From an uncultured Peptoniphilus sp. (GTDB lineage: Bacteria > Bacillota > Clostridia > Tissierellales > Peptoniphilaceae), in the NCBI RefSeq assembly GCF_946222045.1, contig NZ_CAMILN010000001.1, positions 46,892-110,891 on the forward strand: a DNA stretch of 64,000 nucleotides, given 5' to 3'. The notes beneath the pieces are model-generated. The model was not told the DNA's origin. It ran no database searches and was given only the letters and a program-made list of their open reading frames with translations. Position 1 is the stretch's first letter, and the number at the start of each line of letters is the position of its first letter. The translations under genes were made by a program, and so were the position numbers. Shown piece after piece: positions 18,241-27,707 of this stretch.

Positions 18241-19150
18241 GTTTTTTGTTTAAGATAATTGCCCCCAAGAGGACAAAGATAAGTCCCAAGACAATATTTA
18301 TTGTCAGGTCTTCGCCAAGGACCAAGATGGATAAAATTGTCCCAAAGACTGGAATAAATAATTTGTAAATACCAAACTCACTTGCACTGTGGTTTTGAAG
18401 GACAAAGGTCCAAGTTGTGAAAGCTGTTGCCGATATAAAGGCACCATAAGACAACATTAAGAATAAAACGAAGTCGTAGTTTACAGCAGAAGTCTTTGTA
18501 AGCGCCCCAATAATTATAAGTGGCAGGGCCCCAAGGGAAAATTGCGAACCAGTGAGAAGAAATCCATTTAAATTCCTTCCGTACTTTCTTATTAGGACGC
18601 TGGAAAGGGCATTAACAGTTTGGGCAATTAAGACAAAACCTTCGCCAGTAAACTTAAAGTGGAAGCTTCCCTGTGAGTTTAAATTTGTTATAAGTAAGCC
18701 AGTTGAACCAACAAGTAGGGCTAGGACCTTCCTCATAGTAAGTTTCTCATCACTAATTAAGAGAACGGAAAATAAAACTGTGATAAAAGCATTTGACGAT
18801 TGTATAACTGCAGTAAGTGACCCCAAGGTGTTGGAGAGTCCAATATAGTAAAAACCATACTGCAAACAGGTCTGCAACAAACCAATGATTAAAATAAATT
18901 TAAAATTTACATTCTCCCTCTTTACTTCTTCCTTGTTGAAGAGAAAAAAGTATATGAAGGTCAAAAGTCCTCCCATGAAAAATCTTATGCCAGCAATATA
19001 AATTTTTCCACCAGGGTCGTCTGGCATGATATTGGCGTGGATGTAAGTCAGTTTAATAAGGGGAATGGCAGATCCCCAAAGTAACATTGCTAAAAGCGAA
19101 AAGACTATTGCCCATTTCTTTTCTTTTATAAGTTTCATTTCTCCCTCCAA
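18221..19150 (-). CDS. DMT superfamily (EamA-like) transporter
   Basis: 309-aa, ~10 TM, duplicated EamA-type halves. Confidence 0.7.
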   Translation of the reverse strand: MEGEMKLIKEKKWAIVFSLLAMLLWGSAIPLIKLTYIHANIMPDDPGGKIYIAGIRFFMGGLLTFIYFFLFNKEEVKRENVNFKFILIIGLLQTCLQYGFYYIGLSNTLGSLTAVIQSSNAFITVLFSVLLISDEKLTMRKVLALLVGSTGLLITNLNSQGSFHFKFTGEGFVLIAQTVNALSSVLIRKYGRNLNGFLLTGSQFSLGALPLIIIGALTKTSAVNYDFVLFLMLSYGAFISATAFTTWTFVLQNHSASEFGIYKLFIPVFGTILSILVLGEDLTINIVLGLIFVLLGAIILNKKQTQKGA

Positions 19151-19264
19151 TCTAGTTAGTTTTATATTTTATAAAAATAAATCTTCAATGTTTCGTAATC
19201 ATAAAAAATATTGTAAGTCACTAATAATTTTATAAACTCAAATCAAAAGCTTAAAATTTTATAT

Positions 19265-19295
19265 TAAAAAAGGAGGTCGCCCTCCTCTTCTATAT
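19265..19295 (-). terminator. Terminator of tkt
   Basis: GGAGG tcgc CCTCC hairpin between A-run and T-run. Confidence 0.6.
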
Positions 19296-19299
19296 TTTA

Positions 19300-21264
19300 T
19301 TAAAATTCTTGAATTTTTCTTCTAATGTTTTCTTTTGTGAAGCCAAATCTTTCAAATACTTCAGCGCCCTTTCCACTTGCACCAAAGGTATCGATGGAAA
19401 TTGACATTCCCTTCATGCCAATGTACTTGTGCCAGCCAAAGGATGATAGGGCTTCAATAGAGATCCTCTTGGTGATATTTGATGGAAGAATTTCTTCCTT
19501 GTAGTCAGAGGATTGGGCATCAAAAAGTTCCATAGAAGGCATTGAAACCACACGAACTCCCTTTAGTCCTTCTGCTGCTTCAAGGGCAAGAGAAACTTCT
19601 GAACCTGTAGCAATTACAATTTTTTCAAGTTCTCCCTCTTCCTTCTTAATTACGTAAGCACCCCTGTGAACCTCCCTTGAAGAGTTTTCAAGTTGTGGAA
19701 GATTTTGTCTTGATAGGGCAAGGACAAAAGGCGTGTTCTTTGAATTGAAGGCAAGGTTAAGTGAAGCTGCAGTTTCACGTCCGTCAGCAGGTCTTAATAC
19801 AACAATTCCTGGGATGGACCTTAGCATTGCAAGATGTTCAATTGGTTCATGAGTTGGCCCGTCTTCTCCAACTCCAATGGAGTCGTGAGTGAAGATGTAG
19901 ACATTTGGAATATTCATAAGGGCTGCAAGTCTAATTGTTGGCTTTAAGTAGTCACTGAAAACCAAGAAAGTTGACGCATAAGTCCTTAGACCTCCATGAA
20001 GAAGGATTCCATTAGTAATTGCACCCATGGCATTTTCACGAACACCAAAAGTTATGTTTCTTCCAAGTCTATCCTCAGCTGAAAAATATTCTTCTCCTTT
20101 TAGCATAGTCTTATTTGATGGTCCAAGGTCAGCTGATCCACCAAAGATGTGGATGTCGTCCTTGGCAATCTTATTTAAAACTTCGCCAGAGATGGCACGA
20201 GTTGCCATGTCCTTATCAAAGGAATCGTAGTAGGAATCTTCTAATAATTCCTTCTTTTCTAATTTAAAGGCAGCAAGATAGTCTTCATATTCTTTAGGAT
20301 ATTTCGCTGCGTATTCTTCTTCAATTTTTTTCTTTTCATTTACTTTTGCAGTATTTTCTTCAATTATTTTTTGGAAGTGAGCCTTCACATCTTCTGCAAT
20401 GTGAAAATCTTCATCAGGAAGTCCAAAGAATTCACGAGTTGACTTTCTGTCTTCCTTGCCTAGTGGCTCGCCGTGCGCCTTTGCAGAGTCTTCTCTTGGT
20501 GATCCATAGCCAATTTTAGTCTTAACTTCAATAAGGGCAGGCTTGTCAGATTTTTTTGCTTCTTCGATTGCTGCATTTATTTCATCTAAGTCATTTCCAT
20601 CTTCTACTACAAAAGTATCCCAGCCAAGAGCCTTGTACCTGTCACAAACATTTTCTGAGAAGGCAAGGTCAGTTGATCCTTCAATGGAAATTTTATTTGA
20701 ATCGTAAAGAACGATTAGTTTATCGAGTTTTAGTGTGCCAGCTAGTGAAGATGCTTCGTTAGAAATTCCTTCCATTAAACATCCATCCCCAACTAGGGCA
20801 TAAGTATAGTGGTCAACAAGTTTTAGGTCTTCCTTGTTATAGAGGGCAGCAAGTTTTTCTTCTGCAATAGCCATACCAACTGCCATGGCAATCCCTTGGC
20901 CAAGAGGTCCAGTAGTTGCTTCAACACCCCTAGTGTGACCGTACTCTGGGTGACCTGGTGTCCTAGAATCAAGTTGCCTAAAGTTTTTTAAATCATCAAG
21001 ACTTAGACCGTAGTCAAATAAGTAAAAAAGTGAATATAAAAGTGCAGATCCATGTCCTGCAGAAAGGACAAACCTATCCCTATTTTTCCAATCTAAATCC
21101 TTAGAATCTCTCACAAGATGATTCTTAAAAAGAGCATAGGCCATTGGTGCAGCACCAAGGGGTAGGCCTGGGTGACCTGAATTTGCATTTTCAATTTGAT
21201 CAACAGACAGCATTCTCAAAGTATTAACTGCTTTATTTTCGATATTCAAAATTCCTCTCCTCAC
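19300..21264 (-). CDS. tkt: Transketolase
   Basis: ThDP motif GHPGLPLGAAPMAY, GDGCLMEG, 654 aa. Confidence 0.92.
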   Translation of the reverse strand: MRRGILNIENKAVNTLRMLSVDQIENANSGHPGLPLGAAPMAYALFKNHLVRDSKDLDWKNRDRFVLSAGHGSALLYSLFYLFDYGLSLDDLKNFRQLDSRTPGHPEYGHTRGVEATTGPLGQGIAMAVGMAIAEEKLAALYNKEDLKLVDHYTYALVGDGCLMEGISNEASSLAGTLKLDKLIVLYDSNKISIEGSTDLAFSENVCDRYKALGWDTFVVEDGNDLDEINAAIEEAKKSDKPALIEVKTKIGYGSPREDSAKAHGEPLGKEDRKSTREFFGLPDEDFHIAEDVKAHFQKIIEENTAKVNEKKKIEEEYAAKYPKEYEDYLAAFKLEKKELLEDSYYDSFDKDMATRAISGEVLNKIAKDDIHIFGGSADLGPSNKTMLKGEEYFSAEDRLGRNITFGVRENAMGAITNGILLHGGLRTYASTFLVFSDYLKPTIRLAALMNIPNVYIFTHDSIGVGEDGPTHEPIEHLAMLRSIPGIVVLRPADGRETAASLNLAFNSKNTPFVLALSRQNLPQLENSSREVHRGAYVIKKEEGELEKIVIATGSEVSLALEAAEGLKGVRVVSMPSMELFDAQSSDYKEEILPSNITKRISIEALSSFGWHKYIGMKGMSISIDTFGASGKGAEVFERFGFTKENIRRKIQEF

Positions 21265-22040
21265 TCAACTGAATTTTTATCTCTCATTACCGCCAACAAA
21301 AACTTTGGCAAATCAATTTGCCTCTTAATCCTAGAAGGGTTTTTTATAAGCCTATAAAACCACTCAAGGCCTAGCTTAATAAAAATATCTGGGGCCCTGT
21401 TTGCCTTGCCAGATAAGATATCTAGGACTCCACCATTTCCAATTATAACCTTGGCATCTATTTCATCCTTCCAAGCGTCAATCCACTTTTCTTGACGAGG
21501 AAAACCAAAGCCAACAAAGACAATGTCAATGTCCTTGGAATTTATTTCTTCTATTATTTCTTCTTCTACACTAGACTTCTCACCGTCTAGCTTGGAATTG
21601 AAATAGCCATTGTGAAATCCTGCAACCTTAAGATTTTTATATTTTTCATTGACAGCTTCTGCTGCATCCCTTGCAACACCTTCCTTGCCACCTAAAAAAT
21701 ATAAGTTAAGACCCATCTCATCAGCAAGCTCAAGTAGCTTAATAGAGGTATCAAAACCTGTGACCCTTTCTTTTAAAGGCTTTTTCCTAAGTTTTGACGC
21801 ATGGATAAGGCCAATCCCGTCAGCCAGGATTAAATCCCCTGAGTTGACAAGCTTTCTAAGTTCCTCATCTCTCTTAGCTGCCATTACGATTTCAGTGTTT
21901 GGGGTGTAAATTTTTTTAAGCGAATCTCCCTTTAAGAAGTCCCTTAAAATATTCTCACACTCAGAATTATCAATGTTAAAAATTTCAACTCCAAAAATTT
22001 TTACTTTTTCCATAAATCTCTCCGTTAATAAGTTTATCAC
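21261..22040 (-). CDS. WecB/TagA/CpsF-family glycosyltransferase (N-acetylmannosaminyltransferase-like)
   Basis: Family core FLGGKEGVA...VGFGFPRQEKW. Overlaps the tkt start by 4 nt. Confidence 0.78.
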   Translation of the reverse strand: MINLLTERFMEKVKIFGVEIFNIDNSECENILRDFLKGDSLKKIYTPNTEIVMAAKRDEELRKLVNSGDLILADGIGLIHASKLRKKPLKERVTGFDTSIKLLELADEMGLNLYFLGGKEGVARDAAEAVNEKYKNLKVAGFHNGYFNSKLDGEKSSVEEEIIEEINSKDIDIVFVGFGFPRQEKWIDAWKDEIDAKVIIGNGGVLDILSGKANRAPDIFIKLGLEWFYRLIKNPSRIKRQIDLPKFLLAVMRDKNSVE

Positions 22041-22156
22041 ATAGAAAGAAGCATTTCTATATAGAAATATACCATGAAATTTAAAATTAAAATTACCTTA
22101 ATTAATAGTTTTTTATCTTGCCAATTAATTCTTAAAAATATTTTTTATAAATCCAC

Positions 22157-22190
22157 AAAAAAAGACTACCTCTTACGAGATAGTCAATAT
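22157..22190 (-). terminator. Terminator of mazF
   Basis: GACTATCTCG taa GAGGTAGTC hairpin followed by T7 on the minus strand. Confidence 0.6.
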
Positions 22191-22203
22191 GTATGTTGCT
22201 CAA

Positions 22204-22548
22204 TTACTTTATCGCCAAGCTAACTTTTATTGCTGCATCAATCTCTCCTATAACATCCTTGTCGAATCTACCGATTTTCTCTCTCAACCTTTTTTTGTCG
22301 ATTGTTCTCAATTGCTCGAGAAGAATTACAGAATTCTTGGGCAATGGAACATCTTTAGCTTTTACATTAACGTGGGTTGGTAACTTCGCCTTGTTAAGTT
22401 GAGATGTAATTGCAGCTATTATTATAGTAGGCGAATATTTGTTTCCAATGTCATTTTGAACAACAACTACGGGCCTTACTCCTCCCTGTTCTGACCCAAT
22501 AACTGGCGACAGGTCGGCATAGAATATGTCCCCTCTTCTTATCATCAT
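22204..22548 (-). CDS. mazF: Type II toxin, MazF/PemK (EndoA) family endoribonuclease
   Basis: [31 protein letters not shown]...TIIIAAITS is the canonical PemK/MazF N-terminus. RBS AAAGGTGA. Confidence 0.85.
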   Translation of the reverse strand: MMIRRGDIFYADLSPVIGSEQGGVRPVVVVQNDIGNKYSPTIIIAAITSQLNKAKLPTHVNVKAKDVPLPKNSVILLEQLRTIDKKRLREKIGRFDKDVIGEIDAAIKVSLAIK

Positions 22549-22669
22549 AACTTTTCACCTTTTAAGCCAAGAGAGAATTAAAAGATTGATCTATGAGCAA
22601 CCTTAATATCATTCTATCACAATTATTCTTGTTATTTTCATTTAGAATGCAATTATTTTTAAAAATTTA

Positions 22670-22939
22670 TTACAAGTACATTGGCATTACAAAATTTATT
22701 GCAATCATAATAAGTAAAGGAATGGTATATTTCCTTGTTTCCTTTAAATTATATTTTGTTCCCCCTGGTAGGTAGTGAACAATTGCCGGTGCAAAAACTA
22801 CTACAAACCAAAGAACTTGTGTATAGATTGGCCCTCTAAACCTGTGAAAAAATTCTGCCACTCCTGTGATTGCGAGATATGTATAAAAAAGATCAAGAGC
22901 AAATAAAATTATAAAAAGAATTTTTCTATTTTTAAACAT
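22670..22939 (-). CDS. Small membrane protein (89 aa, 3 TM)
   Basis: RBS AAAGGAG 5 nt before ATG. Hydrophobic throughout. Confidence 0.45.
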   Translation of the reverse strand: MFKNRKILFIILFALDLFYTYLAITGVAEFFHRFRGPIYTQVLWFVVVFAPAIVHYLPGGTKYNLKETRKYTIPLLIMIAINFVMPMYL

Positions 22940-22984
22940 AATAACTCCTTTAAGAAATAGCCCAAGAAAACTTAGGCTATTTCT

Positions 22985-23242
22985 TTACATTGACATTCTA
23001 ACCATTTCAAGGGTAAATAGACTTAAAACTGCTACATAAATACCCATGGCTATTTTGTATCCCTTGCTCCAATTATCCCTTTCTTTTTTTATCCTAATAA
23101 AATTTAGGACAAGAGCAAATAAACCAGGCAAAGCTACAATTATTGGATTTTTATGATCTTTGGCTAAATCAGACATTGTGATTAGGACAAAAATATTAAG
23201 TACTTGCCAAAAAGATCTAACATTAAATGGGTATAGTTGCAT
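22985..23242 (-). CDS. Small membrane protein (85 aa, 2 TM)
   Basis: RBS AAGGGGGAT 5 nt before ATG. Confidence 0.45.
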   Translation of the reverse strand: MQLYPFNVRSFWQVLNIFVLITMSDLAKDHKNPIIVALPGLFALVLNFIRIKKERDNWSKGYKIAMGIYVAVLSLFTLEMVRMSM

Positions 23243-23254
23243 ATTAAATCCCCC

Positions 23255-23464
23255 TTAATAGCTTTCAACATCTACAACATTATATATTTCCATATATCTT
23301 CCAACTATATGATTATATCTGCAGTACCCTTTATAATAAAATTTTAAACCATGGTTTTTCAAATAGGGTTCATTTTCACTTCTCGCAAAAATATTCATTG
23401 GAAAACTAACTATCAACATTCCAATTATAAGTAATAAACTTATAGCTTTCTTAAATTTTTTCAT
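23255..23464 (-). CDS. Small secreted Tyr-rich peptide precursor (69 aa)
   Basis: Signal peptide MKKFKKAISLLLIIGMLIVSFPMNIFA, then a 42-aa mature part with 8 Tyr. Weak RBS. Confidence 0.3.
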   Translation of the reverse strand: MKKFKKAISLLLIIGMLIVSFPMNIFARSENEPYLKNHGLKFYYKGYCRYNHIVGRYMEIYNVVDVESY

Positions 23465-23543
23465 GTAAATTACTACTTATAATTTGGATAACGTTATTAT
23501 GATTTCATAGTACTCCTTTATCTTAAAAAAATCAAATTAGTTT

Positions 23544-24731
23544 TTATTTTTCCATTAATTTGAAAACATTATCTAGACCTTCTATTAAGTCTCTCGCCCT
23601 TAGGCTAGTCTTTGAATTTTCATTTGCAAAAATGTCTCCTGAGAGTCCATGAATATAAACTCCAAGCCTTGCCGCATCATAAAGGTCATAATTTTTCATC
23701 ATGGCAGAGATTATCCCCGTCAAGACGTCTCCTGATCCTCCACTTGCCATACCAGAGTTGCCAGTCCTATTGGTGTAAGTTCTATCTCCATCTGTGACGA
23801 TTGTCTCATGACCCTTTAGAACTAGGATGACTTTATATTTTTTTACAAATTCTTCTGATACTGTCTTACGATTATTTTTAATTTCTTCTAAGCTTAGTCC
23901 AGTTAACCTTGCAAATTCTCCCTCATGGGGCGTTAAGATTGTTGTGGATTCTTGTCTTTCTCCTAATAAATTTAAATTTTTTGACAGGATATTTAAACCG
24001 TCAGCATCTATTAGAAGATTTTTTTCTATTTTTATTGTTCTCTTAAAGACTTCTTGGCCATAAGCCCCAAGTCCCATGCCCGGTCCCATGGCAAGGACAT
24101 CAAGACCTTCTAAGAATTTTTCCATTTCATCTAAATCATCAAAGGTCTTTGCTATGGGTTCAATGTATTTTATGGACATGATGTCAAAGATTTCTCTTGG
24201 GACGATGTTATAAACAAGTCCTGCACCAGATTTTAGGGCAGCATTTGATGATAAGTAAGAGGACCCTGTCATCCCCATGGACCCACCAAGGATTCCAATT
24301 TTCCCAAAGTCTCCCTTGTGGCCAAAGTCGTCTCTGTCTTTCCAAAGGGATTTAATTTCTTCATCTAAAATTATTTCATCTTCTAAATTCTTTTTCAATA
24401 AGTTTTCTCCATCAAGCTTTGCCACTGCCACTGCATAGTCCCTTTCATGGCTAATAGAAAGATCAAATTTCATATCAAAGACTTCTGCGTAAGGGGCATC
24501 TCCCTGGTATTTTATTTTTATATCTTTAAAAGAAATTTTTCCAAGTCCAGTTCCAAGAGCCTTAGCCACAGCTTCTTTGGCAACAAAGATCCCCCCTGCC
24601 CTTTCGTAGGGTTCCTTTCTTTTTTTTATTCTTTCAATCTCATCTTCTGTAAAAACTTTTGAAAGAAAATTTTCCTTTTCCTCCATTAGTTTCTTTATCC
24701 TAGAAATTTCTACTATATCTATACCAAGCAT
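23544..24731 (-). CDS. acpS: Fusion: holo-ACP synthase (AcpS) + ADP-dependent NAD(P)H-hydrate dehydratase (Nnr/YjeF C-terminal domain)
   Basis: Start moved to ATG 24731 (MLGIDIVEISRIKK, the canonical AcpS start). The track ORF start at 24881 would extend into the tyrS leader. C-terminal domain has the carbohydrate-kinase-like motif GGSGDVLTG and ILTPHEGE. Confidence 0.75.
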   Translation of the reverse strand: MLGIDIVEISRIKKLMEEKENFLSKVFTEDEIERIKKRKEPYERAGGIFVAKEAVAKALGTGLGKISFKDIKIKYQGDAPYAEVFDMKFDLSISHERDYAVAVAKLDGENLLKKNLEDEIILDEEIKSLWKDRDDFGHKGDFGKIGILGGSMGMTGSSYLSSNAALKSGAGLVYNIVPREIFDIMSIKYIEPIAKTFDDLDEMEKFLEGLDVLAMGPGMGLGAYGQEVFKRTIKIEKNLLIDADGLNILSKNLNLLGERQESTTILTPHEGEFARLTGLSLEEIKNNRKTVSEEFVKKYKVILVLKGHETIVTDGDRTYTNRTGNSGMASGGSGDVLTGIISAMMKNYDLYDAARLGVYIHGLSGDIFANENSKTSLRARDLIEGLDNVFKLMEK

Positions 24732-24741
24732 TTTATCACCA

Positions 24742-24770
24742 TTGACATTTATTTTATTTTCGATTATTAT
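24742..24770 (+). promoter_or_regulatory. Sigma-A-type promoter of the tyrS leader
   Basis: TTGACA-17 nt-TATTAT. Confidence 0.55.
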
Positions 24771-24777
24771 ATCATAA

Positions 24778-24928
24778 ATAGTATAAATATTTGACGTTGA
24801 AGATATACAGTAAGCGAAAGCTGAATTACAATATTGGAGTCTATTAATTTTTGAGGCCTCGGCGAAGAAAGGTGGTACCACGAATGCGTCCTTTCGTTCA
24901 CGGGGCCCTTTTTATTTTTTTGGAGGAA
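24778..24928 (+). promoter_or_regulatory. T-box riboswitch leader of tyrS
   Basis: T-box core AAGAAAGGTGGTACCACG at 24865-24882 embedded in the 5' arm of a terminator ending GGGGCCCTTTTTATTTTTTT, 4 nt before the tyrS RBS. UAC (Tyr) followed by A occurs twice in the upstream part. Confidence 0.6.
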
Positions 24929-24931
24929 TTT

Positions 24932-26158
24932 ATGGAAAATGTATACGATATTTTAAGCGAGAGAGGTTACTTAGACCAATGCACTTATGAAGATGAGCTA
25001 AGGGAAATGCTTGGCAAGGAATCAGTTCCTTTTTACGTTGGCTTTGATGCAACTGCTGACTCCCTAACTCTTGGTCACTTTATCCAAATTAGGGTTATGC
25101 AACACATGCAAAAGGCTGGCCACGTGCCTATAGCCCTACTTGGTGGCGGAACTACAACTATTGGTGACCCATCAGGCAAGTCTGACATGAGATCTCTTAT
25201 GGACAGGGAAACAATTGACTACAACGCAAGAAGATTTAAGGAACAAATTTCTACATTCTTAGATTTTTCTGACGGCAAGGGCTACATTGAAAACAACGCC
25301 GACTGGTTAACTAAGCTAAACTTCCTAGAATTTGTTAGAGAAATTGGTATCCACTTCTCTGTTAACAGGATGCTACAATTTGATTGCTACAAGAACAGGA
25401 TGGAAGAAGGACTTACTTTCTTCGAATTCTCTTACATGCTTATGCAATCCTACGACTACCTATACCTCTACAGGAAGTATGGCTGTAAGCTAGAAGTTGG
25501 TGGATCTGACCAATGGTCCAACATACTTGGTGGTTATGAGCTTGTAAGAAAGCTTGAAGGCGACAAGGTTTATGCCATGACTTTTAAACTTCTTACTACT
25601 GCAGCAGGAATCAAGATGGGTAAGACTATGGCTGGAGCAATTTGGCTTGACCCAGAAAAGACTACACCTTATGAAATGTTCCAATACCTAAGAAACTGTG
25701 ACGACAGAGATGTTATTAAGTTTATGAAGCTTCTTACTATGCTTCCACTTGATAAGATTGCTGAATACGAAAAATTAGAAGGGGCAGAAATCAATAAGGC
25801 TAAAGAAGTTCTTGCCTTTGAAGTTGTAAAGGATATTCACGGCGAAGAAGCTGCTAAGGCTGCTCTTGATGCATCCCACTCCCTATTTGGTGGCGACAAG
25901 GCATCAGAAGACATACCTTCAACTGAATTTGAAGCTGCAAAGTTTGACGAACCTGTGGGAATCTTAAACCTTATGACTGAGCTTGGACTTATTAAGACAA
26001 ACTCTGAAGGTAGGAGACTAATCCAACAAGGTGGAGTTAGCATTGACGACGAAAAAATAAATGACCCTAAACTTGAAATCACAAAAGATAGCTTCAAGGA
26101 TGGAGAAATTATTATTAGGAAGGGTAAAAAAGTTTACCACAAGGTTATTATAAAGTGA
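24932..26158 (+). CDS. tyrS: Tyrosine--tRNA ligase
   Basis: Start at ATG 24932 (RBS TGGAGGAATTT). Class-I motifs present: HIG-type GHFIQ and KMSKS-type KMGKT. Confidence 0.92.
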   Translation: MENVYDILSERGYLDQCTYEDELREMLGKESVPFYVGFDATADSLTLGHFIQIRVMQHMQKAGHVPIALLGGGTTTIGDPSGKSDMRSLMDRETIDYNARRFKEQISTFLDFSDGKGYIENNADWLTKLNFLEFVREIGIHFSVNRMLQFDCYKNRMEEGLTFFEFSYMLMQSYDYLYLYRKYGCKLEVGGSDQWSNILGGYELVRKLEGDKVYAMTFKLLTTAAGIKMGKTMAGAIWLDPEKTTPYEMFQYLRNCDDRDVIKFMKLLTMLPLDKIAEYEKLEGAEINKAKEVLAFEVVKDIHGEEAAKAALDASHSLFGGDKASEDIPSTEFEAAKFDEPVGILNLMTELGLIKTNSEGRRLIQQGGVSIDDEKINDPKLEITKDSFKDGEIIIRKGKKVYHKVIIK

Positions 26159-26165
26159 GGTTAAG

Positions 26166-27557
26166 ATGAATTTAGAACCAAAAAAAGTTTTTGATTATTT
26201 TGAAAAACTATCACAAATTCCAAGAGAATCTGGTAATGAAAAGGGAGTTTCTGACTTTTTAAAGAAGTTTGGAGAAGAAAAGGGCTACGAAGTTGTCCAA
26301 GATGACAGCCTAAATATTATTATGGAAGTGCCTGCAAGTGAAGGCATGGAAGATAAAGCTAAAGTTATCCTACAAGGTCACATGGACATGGTTTGTGAAA
26401 AGGGCAAGGACTCCAACCACAATTTTGAAACTGACCCAATTGAACTTATTGTTGATGGAGATTCTCTTCACGCCAATGACACAACTCTTGGAGCAGACAA
26501 CGGAATTGGTGTTGCCATGGCAATGGCTCTTGCAGAAGAAGAACACGGTCCATTAAAGATAATAGTAACAGTTTCAGAAGAAACGGACATGCACGGTGCC
26601 AAGGACCTTGATGCAAAACATCTAGATGGCAAGTACCTTATAAATATCGACTCAGAAGAAGAAGGTGTCCTAACAGTTTCATCTGCAGGTGGAAAACTTC
26701 TTAAATCTAGATTTGCCTTCCAAGAAGAAGATTATTCTGGCAAGGCCTTTGACCTTCACCTTCACGGCTTCCTAGGTGGCCACTCTGGTATGGAAATTGC
26801 CAACAATAGGGGCAACATGATCAAGGTTATGGCTGAAATTATAAATAAGCTTGATGGTGCAAAATTAATTGACATCAACTGTGGCACAAAACAAAATGCA
26901 ATCCCAAGAGAAGGCAGACTTTCTCTTGTGGCAGATGAAAAATCTCTTGAAGATGCAATAGCCTTTGTAAAAGATAAATTCAAAGACGTAGCAGGAGAAC
27001 TTATAATAGAATGTAAGGAAATTTCTCACGATGGAAAAGTTTTAAGTCAAGATGACACCGAAAAACTTGCAAACTACTTGTTAGAACTTCCAACTGGACC
27101 ACATACCTTCTTAAATGAAGAGAAAAAAGTTCTTGAATCATCATCAAACCTTGCAATAGCAAAAAAACTTGATGACGCAATTGAAGTTTTTGTTTCACTA
27201 AGGTTTGCATCCTCTTCACTTTCAGAAGAGTTTGGCAAAATTTACTTGGATATAGTTGAAAAATATGACTGCCAAGCAGAATTTATCAACCCTTATCCAG
27301 AATGGGAATACAGAAAAGAATCTGACTTTAGAGAAATTGTAAAGAAAATCTACAAAGATATTACAGGAAAAGAAATGGAAGAAGAATTCACACATGGTGG
27401 ACTTGAATGTGGTGTCTTCTATAAGAAAAATAAAGACCTAGACATTATCTCCATTGGACCAGACACTGTTGGAGCTCACACACAAAAGGAAACTCTTTCA
27501 ATTTCTTCAACTAAGAGAGTTTATGATCATCTTGTAAAAGTTTTAAAAGCTCTTTAA
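26166..27557 (+). CDS. pepD: Aminoacyl-histidine dipeptidase (M20 family)
   Basis: 463-aa, M20 metal-binding pattern (HMDMV, D..NG.G, EE). Assigned to the PepD family on overall shape. Confidence 0.8.
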   Translation: MNLEPKKVFDYFEKLSQIPRESGNEKGVSDFLKKFGEEKGYEVVQDDSLNIIMEVPASEGMEDKAKVILQGHMDMVCEKGKDSNHNFETDPIELIVDGDSLHANDTTLGADNGIGVAMAMALAEEEHGPLKIIVTVSEETDMHGAKDLDAKHLDGKYLINIDSEEEGVLTVSSAGGKLLKSRFAFQEEDYSGKAFDLHLHGFLGGHSGMEIANNRGNMIKVMAEIINKLDGAKLIDINCGTKQNAIPREGRLSLVADEKSLEDAIAFVKDKFKDVAGELIIECKEISHDGKVLSQDDTEKLANYLLELPTGPHTFLNEEKKVLESSSNLAIAKKLDDAIEVFVSLRFASSSLSEEFGKIYLDIVEKYDCQAEFINPYPEWEYRKESDFREIVKKIYKDITGKEMEEEFTHGGLECGVFYKKNKDLDIISIGPDTVGAHTQKETLSISSTKRVYDHLVKVLKAL

Positions 27558-27570
27558 TAAAATAAACTTA

Positions 27571-27597
27571 TGGCTGTCAAAGGGCAGCCATTTTTTC
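27571..27597 (+). terminator. Terminator of tyrS-pepD
   Basis: TGGCTG...CAGCCA hairpin followed by TTTTTT. Confidence 0.7.
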
Positions 27598-27707
27598 TTG
27601 CAAAAAAAGAAACCCCTAGAGGTTTCTCTATAAAAATTATTCTATTATTTATAAATTAATAAATTACATAAAATTTCCATATATATAATTTATCAATTAA
27701 TAAAGTA

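Noticed and set aside
22549-22669. MazE-type antitoxin upstream of mazF
   Set aside because: Only 121 nt, no start/RBS and no open frame of useful length on the minus strand.
24732-24881. 50-aa N-terminal extension of the acpS-nnr ORF
   Set aside because: AcpS proteins start MxGIDIVEI. An RBS precedes ATG 24731, and the extension would overlap the tyrS promoter.
24851-24931. N-terminal extension of tyrS (MRPRRRKVVPRMRPFVHGALFIFLEEF)
   Set aside because: It overlaps the T-box antiterminator/terminator. TyrS begins MENVYDILSERGYL with a strong RBS at 24921-24927.
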